Assembly: GCA_937982505.1 (NCBI GenBank)
Contig: CALJLV010000189.1
Span: forward strand, 320 to 64,319
Origin: an uncultured Desulfobacteraceae bacterium
GTDB lineage: Bacteria > Desulfobacterota > Desulfobacteria > Desulfobacterales > UBA2174
DNA: 64,000 bases
Direction of reading: 5' to 3'
In this document: in pieces, positions 26,968-34,818 of the stretch
Position numbering within the stretch: the first letter of the stretch is position 1
Layout: every line of letters begins with the position of its first letter
The notes under the pieces: model-generated
The model's database searches: none
Told to the model about the DNA's origin: nothing
Seen by the model: the letters and a program-made list of their open reading frames with translations, nothing else
Translations under genes and position numbers: made by a program

Positions 26968-27717
26968 ATGGACCCTCAACGCCTCGAACAATTGCTTTGC
27001 CAGGTGGCCCAGGGTGCCCTGACGCCCGCCCAGGCCGCCGCCGCCCTGGGCCGCCTGCCCTTCGAGGACATCGACTTTGCCCGCATCGATCACCACCGCA
27101 GCCTGCGCAAGGGGTTCCCGGAAGTCATTTTCGGCCAGGGCAAGACCAGCGAACAGGTGGATGCCATCCTGGAGCGCATGTGCGCCGAGGAACAGGTGGT
27201 GCTCGTCACCCGCCTCGACGCCGAAAAGGCCGAACGGCTCCGGGACCGCCATCCCCGGGCCGTCTACCACGCGGATGCCCGGATGCTCATCTGGCAGCGC
27301 GGCCCTATTCCCATCCAGGGCCGGGGGACCATTCTGGTCCTGGCCGCCGGCACCTCGGATTTGCCCGTGGCCCGGGAGGCGCAGCTCACGGCCGCGGCCA
27401 TGGGCAACCGGGTCGACACCATTGTGGACGTGGGCGTGGCCGGAATCCATCGCCTGTTTGCCCACCGTGAGGCCATCCTGGCGGCCGCCGTCCTGGTGGT
27501 GGTGGCCGGCATGGAAGGCGCCCTGCCCAGCGTGGTGGCCGGCATGGTGGCCCGTCCCGTGATCGCCGTGCCCACCAGCGTCGGTTACGGCACCAGCTTC
27601 GGAGGCCTGACGGCCCTGCTGGCCATGCTCAACAGTTGCAGTTCCAATGTGGCGGTGGTCAACATCGACAACGGCTTCGGCGCCGGCTACATGGCCGCCG
27701 CCATCAACCGGCCCTGA
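26968..27717 (+). CDS. larB: Nickel-pincer cofactor biosynthesis protein LarB (AIR carboxylase-like)
   Basis: IDHHRSLRKGFPEVIFGQGKT and the PurE-like C-terminus GTSDLPVA..VAGMEGALPSVVAG..PTSVGYG are typical of LarB. Confidence 0.8.
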   Translation: MDPQRLEQLLCQVAQGALTPAQAAAALGRLPFEDIDFARIDHHRSLRKGFPEVIFGQGKTSEQVDAILERMCAEEQVVLVTRLDAEKAERLRDRHPRAVYHADARMLIWQRGPIPIQGRGTILVLAAGTSDLPVAREAQLTAAAMGNRVDTIVDVGVAGIHRLFAHREAILAAAVLVVVAGMEGALPSVVAGMVARPVIAVPTSVGYGTSFGGLTALLAMLNSCSSNVAVVNIDNGFGAGYMAAAINRP

Positions 27718-27749
27718 TCTTTCAAGGCCGGACGGCCCGGCAAAGGTCC

Positions 27750-28559
27750 CTATCCCGGGCATACCGCACCGCCCAGGTAGGCGGCCAGGACCTGGGGATG
27801 GCACTGGATCTGGCGCGGGGTGCCCTGGGCCAGCAGACGCCCCTGGTCCAGCACCACGATCCGGTCGCAGACCCGCATGGTCAATCCCATGTCATGTTCC
27901 ACCAGCAGAACGGTGACCCCCCGTTCGCGGATCTGCAGAATCAGATCGCCCAGCCGTTCGGACTCCACCGCGTTGAGCCCGGCGGCCGGTTCGTCCAAGA
28001 GCAGCAGCCGGGGTTCGGCGGCCAGGGCCCGGGCGATCTCCAGCAGCCGCTGCCAGCCGAACGGCAGTTCACGGCTGGTGGTCATGGCCTGGCCGGCCAG
28101 ACCGACGAATTCGAGCAGCCGCCAGGCGGCCTCGCGAGCCGCCCGCTCCTCCCGGCCGACCCAGGGCAGGCGGGTCATGGCGCCCAAAAATCCGCAGCGG
28201 GTGCGCACATGCCGGCCCACCAGGACGTTCTCCAGCACGCTCATGGAACCGAAAAGCTCCACGTTCTGGAAGGTCCGCGCGATGCCCTGGCGCACCCGCT
28301 CATGGCTCGGGCGCCCGTCGATGGCGCGCCCCTGGAAGCGGATCCCCCCCCGGTCAGGGCGGAAAACTCCCGAAACGAGGTTGAAAAGGGTCGTCTTGCC
28401 CGCCCCGTTGGGGCCGATCAGCCCGTGGATCCGGCCGGGAGCCACCTCGAAGGAGATGTCGGTCAGGGCCTGAACCCCGCCGAAGCACTTGAAGACCCCC
28501 TCCACCTCAAGGAGCGCTGGAGATGCCGGGCGCCTGGCGTCGCAATCGTTCATACGCAT
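27750..28559 (-). CDS. livG: Branched-chain amino acid ABC transporter ATP-binding protein (LivG type)
   Basis: Walker A GPNGAGKTT, a LivG-type insertion, signature LPFGWQRLLEIARAL, Walker B LLLLDEP. The start is 28559 or 28553, and overlaps the livM 3' end. Confidence 0.9.
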   Translation of the reverse strand: MRMNDCDARRPASPALLEVEGVFKCFGGVQALTDISFEVAPGRIHGLIGPNGAGKTTLFNLVSGVFRPDRGGIRFQGRAIDGRPSHERVRQGIARTFQNVELFGSMSVLENVLVGRHVRTRCGFLGAMTRLPWVGREERAAREAAWRLLEFVGLAGQAMTTSRELPFGWQRLLEIARALAAEPRLLLLDEPAAGLNAVESERLGDLILQIRERGVTVLLVEHDMGLTMRVCDRIVVLDQGRLLAQGTPRQIQCHPQVLAAYLGGAVCPG

Positions 28560-29472
28560 CGATCAGGCCGCGGGTGAGGCCCTGCGGCAGGAAAATCATC
28601 ACCCCGATGAGGATCGCCCCGTAGACGATCATTTCAAAATCGGCGAAGGCGTGCAGCCACTCGGGCAACAGGGTCAGCAGGCCGGCCCCCAGCAGGGCGC
28701 CCCAGACGCTGGCCATCCCGCCGATCACCACCATCGTCACCAGACGCACCGAAACCATGAAATTGAAGGATTCCGGGCTGATGAATCCGATCAGGTGGGC
28801 GTACAGAAACCCGCCCAGGGCGGCCATGACGGCGCTCAGCACGAAGACCTGCAGCTTGAAGCGATGGGTGTCGACCCCCACGGCCCGGGCCGCCTGCTCG
28901 CTGTCGTGAATGGCGCGCAGGGCCCTTCCGACACGCGAATCGATCAGCCGCCGGCAAAGCAGCATGAACCCCAGGACCACGGTCCAGACCAGGAAGAAAT
29001 AGCGCTGCGGATCGCTCAGATCGACGCCCCCCAGGGTCAGCGGCGGAATACCCACCAGACCCGAAGCGCCTCCGGTGAGGGCGCCCCCTTCGCGAAAGAC
29101 GATAAAGACGATCATCCCGAATCCCAGGGTCCCCATGCCCAGGTAGTAGCCCGAAAGGCGCAAGGTGGGCAACCCCACCAGCCAGGCCACGGCGGCCGCC
29201 AGGGCCAGGGCCACCGCCAGGGCCGGCCAGGGAGACCACTGGCAGTGGACCGTGAGCACGCCGCTGGCATAGGCCCCCAGCCCGTAGAAGGCGGCATGCC
29301 CCAGCGAGATCTGCCCGGCGTAGCCCATGAGCATGTTCAGCCCCAGGGCCAGGAGGGTATTGATGCCGATGAAGATCAGCACCTGCAGGGCATAGAAGTT
29401 GTCCACCAGCAGGCCGGTGAGGACAACGGCGGCGGCAAGGACCAGGTAGGGCAGCAGGGGTTTCAGCGACAT
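28507..29472 (-). CDS. livM: Branched-chain amino acid ABC transporter permease (LivM type)
   Basis: A polytopic membrane protein with GQISLGHAAFYGLGAY, typical of LivM. Its start abuts the livH stop. Confidence 0.9.
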   Translation of the reverse strand: MSLKPLLPYLVLAAAVVLTGLLVDNFYALQVLIFIGINTLLALGLNMLMGYAGQISLGHAAFYGLGAYASGVLTVHCQWSPWPALAVALALAAAVAWLVGLPTLRLSGYYLGMGTLGFGMIVFIVFREGGALTGGASGLVGIPPLTLGGVDLSDPQRYFFLVWTVVLGFMLLCRRLIDSRVGRALRAIHDSEQAARAVGVDTHRFKLQVFVLSAVMAALGGFLYAHLIGFISPESFNFMVSVRLVTMVVIGGMASVWGALLGAGLLTLLPEWLHAFADFEMIVYGAILIGVMIFLPQGLTRGLIDAYERLRRQAPGISSAP

Positions 29473-30348
29473 TTAGAACCGTTGAATCTTGGCCGCCCCA
29501 AGAAGACCGGCGGGCTTGAGGTACAAGATTAGCAGCAGGAGGATGAAGGCGATGGCGTCCTTGTACCCGGAGGAAAAGAGGCCCACCCCGGCCGATTCGA
29601 GGATCCCGAGCAGGAATCCCCCCATCAGGGCTCCCCACAGGCTGCCCAGTCCTCCGAGCATGGCGGCGCAGAACCCCTTGAGGCCCAGCATGGTCCCCAT
29701 GTCGTAGCTGCACATGGTGATGGGGGCGATGATCACCCCGGCCACGGCCCCGGTGCCGGTGCTCAACATGAAAGCCAGCAGGTTCATGCGGCCGGTGGGA
29801 ATCCCGATGAGCCGGGCCGCCTTGGGGTTGACCGCACAGGCTTCCATGGCCTTGCCGGTGAGGCTGTGCTTGAAGAAGGCCCGCAGGGCCAGGATCAGCC
29901 CGGCCGCGATGGCCAGGATCCACAGACTCTGGGGCAGGAGCCGGGCCCCCATGACGGCCAGGGGGGCGTGATCGCTGAAAAAGGGCACGCTGTGGGAGTC
30001 CTTGCCCCAGAGGATCATGGCCACTCCGCGCAGGAGGATCGAGGCGCCCACGGTGATGATCACCAGCACGATGGGGTCGGGCCGGCGCACCGTGCGGATG
30101 GCCAGCCGCTCGAAAAGGAAGCCCGCCCCGACCCCGATCCCCACGGCCAGGATCAGGGCCGCGGGCAGGGGAAGCCCCAGGCCGGCCCAGAGGGTCACCA
30201 GGGAGAGCCCTCCGAGCATGGCGAACTCGCCGTGGGCGAAGTTGATCAGCTCGGTGCTGTTGTACAGCAGGGAAAAGCCCAGCGCGATGACCGCATAAAT
30301 GGCGCCGTTGGTAACGCCGGAGAAGAGATATTGCAAGAGTTCCTGCAT
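29473..30348 (-). CDS. livH: Branched-chain amino acid ABC transporter permease (LivH type)
   Basis: MQELLQYLFSGVTNGAIYAVIALGFSLLYN.. INFAHGEF is typical of LivH. Confidence 0.9.
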   Translation of the reverse strand: MQELLQYLFSGVTNGAIYAVIALGFSLLYNSTELINFAHGEFAMLGGLSLVTLWAGLGLPLPAALILAVGIGVGAGFLFERLAIRTVRRPDPIVLVIITVGASILLRGVAMILWGKDSHSVPFFSDHAPLAVMGARLLPQSLWILAIAAGLILALRAFFKHSLTGKAMEACAVNPKAARLIGIPTGRMNLLAFMLSTGTGAVAGVIIAPITMCSYDMGTMLGLKGFCAAMLGGLGSLWGALMGGFLLGILESAGVGLFSSGYKDAIAFILLLLILYLKPAGLLGAAKIQRF

Positions 30349-30439
30349 GGTTTCCAGATCGTTGGGTCGTTGGCGTGTCGAATTCAGTCGAACCGGCCGG
30401 GCGAGTCGGACCGGGCCGACCCGTCCGACTCGGGCCGCT

Positions 30440-31603
30440 CTACTTTTCCAGCTTCCAGGTGCCGCCTTCGATACGCACCATCACGAAGGCCTCCGGTCCC
30501 AGTCCGTTGTGGTCCTGGGCGCTGAAACTGAAGACCCCGCTGACGCCGGCGTGGTTCTGAATGTTTTCAAGATTGTCGCGGATCTGCTGCCGATCCCCGC
30601 CCGTGCCGACCATGGCCCTGGCCAGCAGCTGCATGGCGTCGTAGGCGTACCCGCCGAACCCGGACACCGGCAGGTTGAATTTTTCCTGATAGCGACGCAC
30701 GTAGTCGCCGAGGACGGCCTTCTGGGGGTCGTCCGCCGGCAGCAGGTCGGCCACCAGGATCTTGCCGGTGGGCAGATAAATGCCCTCCGCGGCGGCACCG
30801 GCCAGCTCGATGAACTTGGGCGAGGCCACCCCATGGCTCTGGTACAGGGGCGCCTTGATCTCCAGTTGCTGGACATTCTTGGCCACCACGGCCGGTCCGG
30901 GGTTGGTGCCCCAGCAAACGATGGCATCCGGCCCGGCGCTGCGGATCTTGGTCAACTGCGCGGTCATGTCCGTATCCTTGTCACCGAAGCTTTCCACCGC
31001 CACGATCTGCAGGCCGGCCGCGCCGGCCTGTTTTTCCAGCTGCTGTTTGCCGCTTTCGCCGAAGGCGTTGGCCACGGTCAGCAGGGCGATCCTGCCGATC
31101 CCCTGGCGGCGCATGTGTCCGTAGATGGCGGCCACCGCCAGGACGTCGTTCTGGGCCGTCTTGAATGTCCAGGGGGTCACCGGGTCGGTGATGGCAATAC
31201 CGGCGGCGCAGCTGATCAGGGGGATCCGGGCCCGTTCGGCAAAGCTCTTGACCGCCAGGGTCGCCGGAGTGGTGCTGGGACCGATCACGGCCAGCACGCG
31301 ATCCTTGTTGATGAGCTTGTTGATCCCCGAGACGGCCTTTTGCGGGTCGCCTTCGGTGTCGTAGATGACCGCCTCCAGGAGGCGCCCGTCGATGCCGCCG
31401 GCGGCATTGATGCTGGCCACGGCCATTTCCAGGCTCCGCTTTTCCGGATCTCCGAGAAACGACGCCGGTCCGGTCACCGAGAAGATGCCGCCGATCTTGT
31501 ACATCTCGGCGGCCTGGAGCGGCAGGGCCACGAGCATGGTCATCAGGATCAGGCAGGCGATCGGCCGGACCTGTCGATGAGACCGAGTGTTGTGCGACGT
31601 CAT
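30440..31603 (-). CDS. livK: Branched-chain/hydrophobic amino acid ABC transporter substrate-binding protein (LivK family)
   Basis: Signal peptide (IACLILMTMLVALPLQA), then YKIGGIFSVTGPASFLG, a type-I periplasmic binding fold. ATG at 31603 with an AGGAGGA RBS. Confidence 0.85.
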   Translation of the reverse strand: MTSHNTRSHRQVRPIACLILMTMLVALPLQAAEMYKIGGIFSVTGPASFLGDPEKRSLEMAVASINAAGGIDGRLLEAVIYDTEGDPQKAVSGINKLINKDRVLAVIGPSTTPATLAVKSFAERARIPLISCAAGIAITDPVTPWTFKTAQNDVLAVAAIYGHMRRQGIGRIALLTVANAFGESGKQQLEKQAGAAGLQIVAVESFGDKDTDMTAQLTKIRSAGPDAIVCWGTNPGPAVVAKNVQQLEIKAPLYQSHGVASPKFIELAGAAAEGIYLPTGKILVADLLPADDPQKAVLGDYVRRYQEKFNLPVSGFGGYAYDAMQLLARAMVGTGGDRQQIRDNLENIQNHAGVSGVFSFSAQDHNGLGPEAFVMVRIEGGTWKLEK

Positions 31604-31703
31604 GGTTCCTCCTTTCGGCCGGCGCCGGGCCGGCTGACCACGGTTGCAGGTTGCCGCCCGCGGCCGCCCCCCCCTGGTCCATCGGTGGGGCAAGCCCGCG
31701 CGG

Positions 31704-32141
31704 CTACATGGTGTAAAGCCGGTCTCCGTCGATGACGCGCAGCCCGTCGGCCTGGAGCGCCTGGATGGCGGCATCGGTCTGATCGAAGCGGAAAATCATC
31801 ACCGCGTTGTCCCCGCTTTGCTGGACAAAGGCGTACATGTACTCCACGTTGATGCCGGAGCGGTCCAGCAGTTCAAGGATATGGTGCAGCCCGCCGGGCC
31901 GGTCGCTGACCTCCACGGCCACCACCCGGGTTTTGCTGACGGTAAACCCGCCTGCCTTGAGGGCGGACTCGGCTTTTTGATGGTCATCCACAATGAGCCG
32001 CAGGACCCCGAAATCCGATGTGTCCGCCAGGGCCAGGGCCCGGATGTTGACCCGGGCCCGGGACAAGATGCCGGTCACTTCGGCCAGCCGCCCGGCCTTG
32101 TTTTCCAGAAAGATGGAAATCTGTTCGACGCGCATGGACAC
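31704..32141 (-). CDS. Tandem ACT-domain protein
   Basis: Two ACT-like repeats ([19 protein letters not shown].. and [19 protein letters not shown]..). It lies between paaK and livK, as is common in anaerobe aryl-acid/amino-acid clusters. Confidence 0.8.
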   Translation of the reverse strand: MSMRVEQISIFLENKAGRLAEVTGILSRARVNIRALALADTSDFGVLRLIVDDHQKAESALKAGGFTVSKTRVVAVEVSDRPGGLHHILELLDRSGINVEYMYAFVQQSGDNAVMIFRFDQTDAAIQALQADGLRVIDGDRLYTM

Positions 32142-32257
32142 CTCTCTTTCAGATCGGGCGAGGCCTGGCCCCGCCGCGTGGATTGAAAGTGGCCCGACAG
32201 ACCGCTGGTGCGACGTTTTGTTTTTCCTTTGTAGTCACTTTCGCCACTTTCGTCATT

Positions 32258-33559
32258 CTAAATCTGCCGCTTGTCGATCACCCGCACGGCCTTGCCCTCG
32301 CTGCGCTGGATGCTGTGGGGCTCGACGAGGGTCACTTTGGCCGAAACGCCGAGCATCTCCTTGATGTTCTTGCTGATCTTGCGCTCCAGGTCCTGAAGGT
32401 GGCGCACTTCGTCGGAAAACAGCTTCTCGCCCACCTCCACCCGCACGGTGAGGGTGTCCAGATTTTCCTCGCGGTCCACGACGAGCTGGTAGTGGGGCGC
32501 CACTTCGGCGGTTTCCATCAGCACGCTCTCGATCTGGGACGGAAAGACGTTCACCCCGCGGATGATCAGCATGTCGTCCGAGCGGCCGCTGACACGGTTC
32601 ATGCGCACATGGGTGCGGCCGCAGATGCAGGGCTCGGGATTGAGGCTGGTGATGTCCCGGGTACGATAGCGGATCACGGGAAAGGCCTCCTTGGTCAGGG
32701 AGGTGAAGACCAACTCACCGGTCTGTCCGTAGGGGAGCACCTCGCCGGTGGCCGGGTCGATGATCTCGGCGATGAAATGGTCCTCGAAGATGTGCAGCCC
32801 CTTCTTGGCCTCGTGGCATTCGATGGCCACCCCCGGGCCAATGACCTCGCTCAGGCCGTAGATGTCCACCGCGGTGATGTTCAGTTTGCGCTCGATCTCC
32901 TGGCGCATGTTTTCCGACCAGGGCTCGGCGCCGAAAATACCGTATTTGAAGCTCAGCTTCCGGAATGAAACCCCCATTTCTTCAGCCACCTCGGCCAGAT
33001 GCAGGGTGTAGCTGGGGGTTGCGGTGATGATGGTGGGCTTGAAATCGCGCATGATCACGATCTGCCGCTTGGTATTGCCCCCGGAAACGGGAATCACCGA
33101 GGCCCCGAGCTTTTCCGCCCCGTAATGGACCCCCAGGCCCCCGGTGAAGAGCCCGTAACCGTAGGCATTGTGAATGATGTCGTTGGCCGTGGCGCCCCCG
33201 GCCACCAGGGAGCGGGCCATGAGGGTGGCCCAGGTGTTCACGTCCCGTGCCGTGTAGCCCACCACGGTGGGCTGCCCGGTGGTGCCCGAAGAGGCGTGGA
33301 TCCGCACCACGGTATCCATGGGCACGGCGAACATGCCGAAGGGGTAGTTGTCTCGCAGATCCTGCTTGGTGGTGAAGGGCAGCGTCTTCAGATCGCCCAG
33401 GCACTGGATGTCGCGCGGGGCGAGGCCGGCGGCGCTGAAGCTGGCCCGGTAGAACGGCACGGTGGCGTAGGCCCGTTCCAGGGTGGCCTTGAGACGCCGC
33501 AGCTGAATGGCTTCCAGCGCCTCGCGGGGCATGGTTTCATACTCGACATCGTAGATCAT
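32258..33559 (-). CDS. paaK: Phenylacetate--CoA ligase (PaaK family)
   Basis: Intact adenylation motifs [26 protein letters not shown] and YRTRDI, plus the C-terminal ACT-like small domain. Confidence 0.9.
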   Translation of the reverse strand: MIYDVEYETMPREALEAIQLRRLKATLERAYATVPFYRASFSAAGLAPRDIQCLGDLKTLPFTTKQDLRDNYPFGMFAVPMDTVVRIHASSGTTGQPTVVGYTARDVNTWATLMARSLVAGGATANDIIHNAYGYGLFTGGLGVHYGAEKLGASVIPVSGGNTKRQIVIMRDFKPTIITATPSYTLHLAEVAEEMGVSFRKLSFKYGIFGAEPWSENMRQEIERKLNITAVDIYGLSEVIGPGVAIECHEAKKGLHIFEDHFIAEIIDPATGEVLPYGQTGELVFTSLTKEAFPVIRYRTRDITSLNPEPCICGRTHVRMNRVSGRSDDMLIIRGVNVFPSQIESVLMETAEVAPHYQLVVDREENLDTLTVRVEVGEKLFSDEVRHLQDLERKISKNIKEMLGVSAKVTLVEPHSIQRSEGKAVRVIDKRQI

Positions 33560-33637
33560 GAGGGCCTCCTTGAGGGGGGTAAATCGTTTCCGTCCCTGCC
33601 GCGGACCTGGCGGCGGGGCGATGACCGCTGAAACACG

Positions 33638-33763
33638 AAGGGCTGCGGGGGTACCCGCAGCCCTTAAAATGCCAAGCCATGGGCGCCACCCTTTGGCGTC
33701 TACCCATGGCTTGGTCTCGGCGTTTCGTCTGTCTGCTTCTACCGTGCCGGCCCATGGGTAGAC
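33638..33763 (-). promoter_or_regulatory. Structured 5' leader of the paaK-ACT-livKHMG operon (two strong hairpins plus a mutually exclusive third pairing)
   Basis: Hairpin AAGGGCTGCGGG/CCCGCAGCCCTT at 33638-33665. Hairpin CCAAGCCATGGG (33672-83) / CCCATGGCTTGG (33703-14) encloses CGCCA/TGGCG. GTCTACCCATGG (33698-33709) can alternatively pair with CCATGGGTAGAC (33752-33763). Confidence 0.45.
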
Positions 33764-33947
33764 TTCCTAAAGAAGCCCCCGAAAAAGCCGTCCAAATAAA
33801 AGCCGCGCACGATGTGTGTCATGACCGCCATCTCAGATTCTGAATAAGGTTTGAACGATGCTGCGTTGCATAACGAAAGTCCGGCCCGCTTGTCAATCCT
33901 TTTTTCCCTGCAGCCCGGTGGCGGCGGGAAAAAAGCAGGCGCCGCGG

Positions 33948-34739
33948 TCAATCCTCGTAGCGGCCGGAAAAGGCGGCCGGGCGTTTTTCCAGAAAGGCCC
34001 GGGTCCCCTCCTGGGCGTCCGGACTGGCCAGACAGAGGGCGAAGGCATCCACTTCCAGGGCGCAGCCGGCCGCCAGGTCCACGTCCAGCCCCCGGTTGAC
34101 CGACTGCTTGGCGGCCCTGAGGGACACCCGGCCCTTGGCGGCGATGGCCCGCGCGGTTTCCAGGACCGCATCCATCAAGGTTTCCGGGGCGCAGACGCGG
34201 TTGACGATGCCCAGGCGCAGTGCCTCGTCGGCCCCGATCATGCGGCCGGTAAAAATCAGCTCCTTGGCCGCATTGGCCCCGATCAGGCGCGCCAGACGCT
34301 GGGTCCCGCCGAAGCCGGGGATGATCCCCAGGTTGATTTCCGGCAGCCCGAAACGGGCCTTTTCCGACGCATAGATGAAATCGCAGGCCAGGGCCATTTC
34401 GGTGCCCCCCCCCAGGGCGAAACCGTTCACCGCGGCAATGACGGGAATCTCCAGGGCCGTCAGGCGACTGATGGCGGCCTGGCCCCGGGCGGCAAACCGC
34501 TTGGCCTGCAGAGGCGTGAAACGGGCGATCTCGGTGATGTCGGCTCCGGCCACGAAGGCCTTGTCGCCGGCCCCGGTGAGCACCAGGACACGCACCGTCT
34601 CGTCGGCCGCCGTCTGCTCCAGGGCGGCCACGAATTCTTCGAGCAGTTGCCGGTTCAGGGCGTTGAGGGCCTTGGGCCGGTTGAAGGCCAGGGTCGCGAT
34701 CCCGTCCGCCGTCTGGTACATGATGTTCTCGTAGCTCAT
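33948..34739 (-). CDS. Enoyl-CoA hydratase (crotonase family)
   Basis: LNRPKALNAL, VLTGAGDKAFVAGADI and GGGTEMALACD motifs. Confidence 0.9.
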   Translation of the reverse strand: MSYENIMYQTADGIATLAFNRPKALNALNRQLLEEFVAALEQTAADETVRVLVLTGAGDKAFVAGADITEIARFTPLQAKRFAARGQAAISRLTALEIPVIAAVNGFALGGGTEMALACDFIYASEKARFGLPEINLGIIPGFGGTQRLARLIGANAAKELIFTGRMIGADEALRLGIVNRVCAPETLMDAVLETARAIAAKGRVSLRAAKQSVNRGLDVDLAAGCALEVDAFALCLASPDAQEGTRAFLEKRPAAFSGRYED

Positions 34740-34818
34740 CTGCCTTCCTTTCGCTTGTTCCTGCCGTTGGGTTGCATTTCTTGCCGCGGGCCCATCCCCA
34801 AACGGGTCTCGGGTCGGA

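Noticed and set aside
26968-27717. larB without larC/larE, as a possibly incomplete or novel nickel-pincer cofactor pathway.
   Set aside because: Lar genes are frequently dispersed, and the rest of the genome is not visible here. Absence from a 64-kb window is not evidence of absence.
32200-32257. A short tandem repeat, CGAAAGTGG-CGAAAGTGA (minus-strand sense), in the AT-richer spacer between paaK and the ACT gene.
   Set aside because: There are only two 8-9-nt copies and no further copies in the window. It is too small to call a repeat element or binding site without comparative data.
33684-33700. A T-box-like sequence (AAAGGGTGGCGCC on the mRNA strand) in the paaK-liv leader, suggesting a T-box riboswitch.
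   Set aside because: Only the GGGTGG core matches; the conserved ..NACCGCG continuation is missing. I could not build a Stem I/specifier loop or an antiterminator that competes with the downstream hairpin. It is kept only as something for a covariance-model scan to exclude.
33739-33951. A 70-aa ORF in the paaK upstream region that overlaps the crotonase stop.
   Set aside because: It has no RBS and an odd composition (FFPPPPG.., GFFGGFF). It spans the putative promoter and leader of the paaK operon, so it is more likely non-coding.
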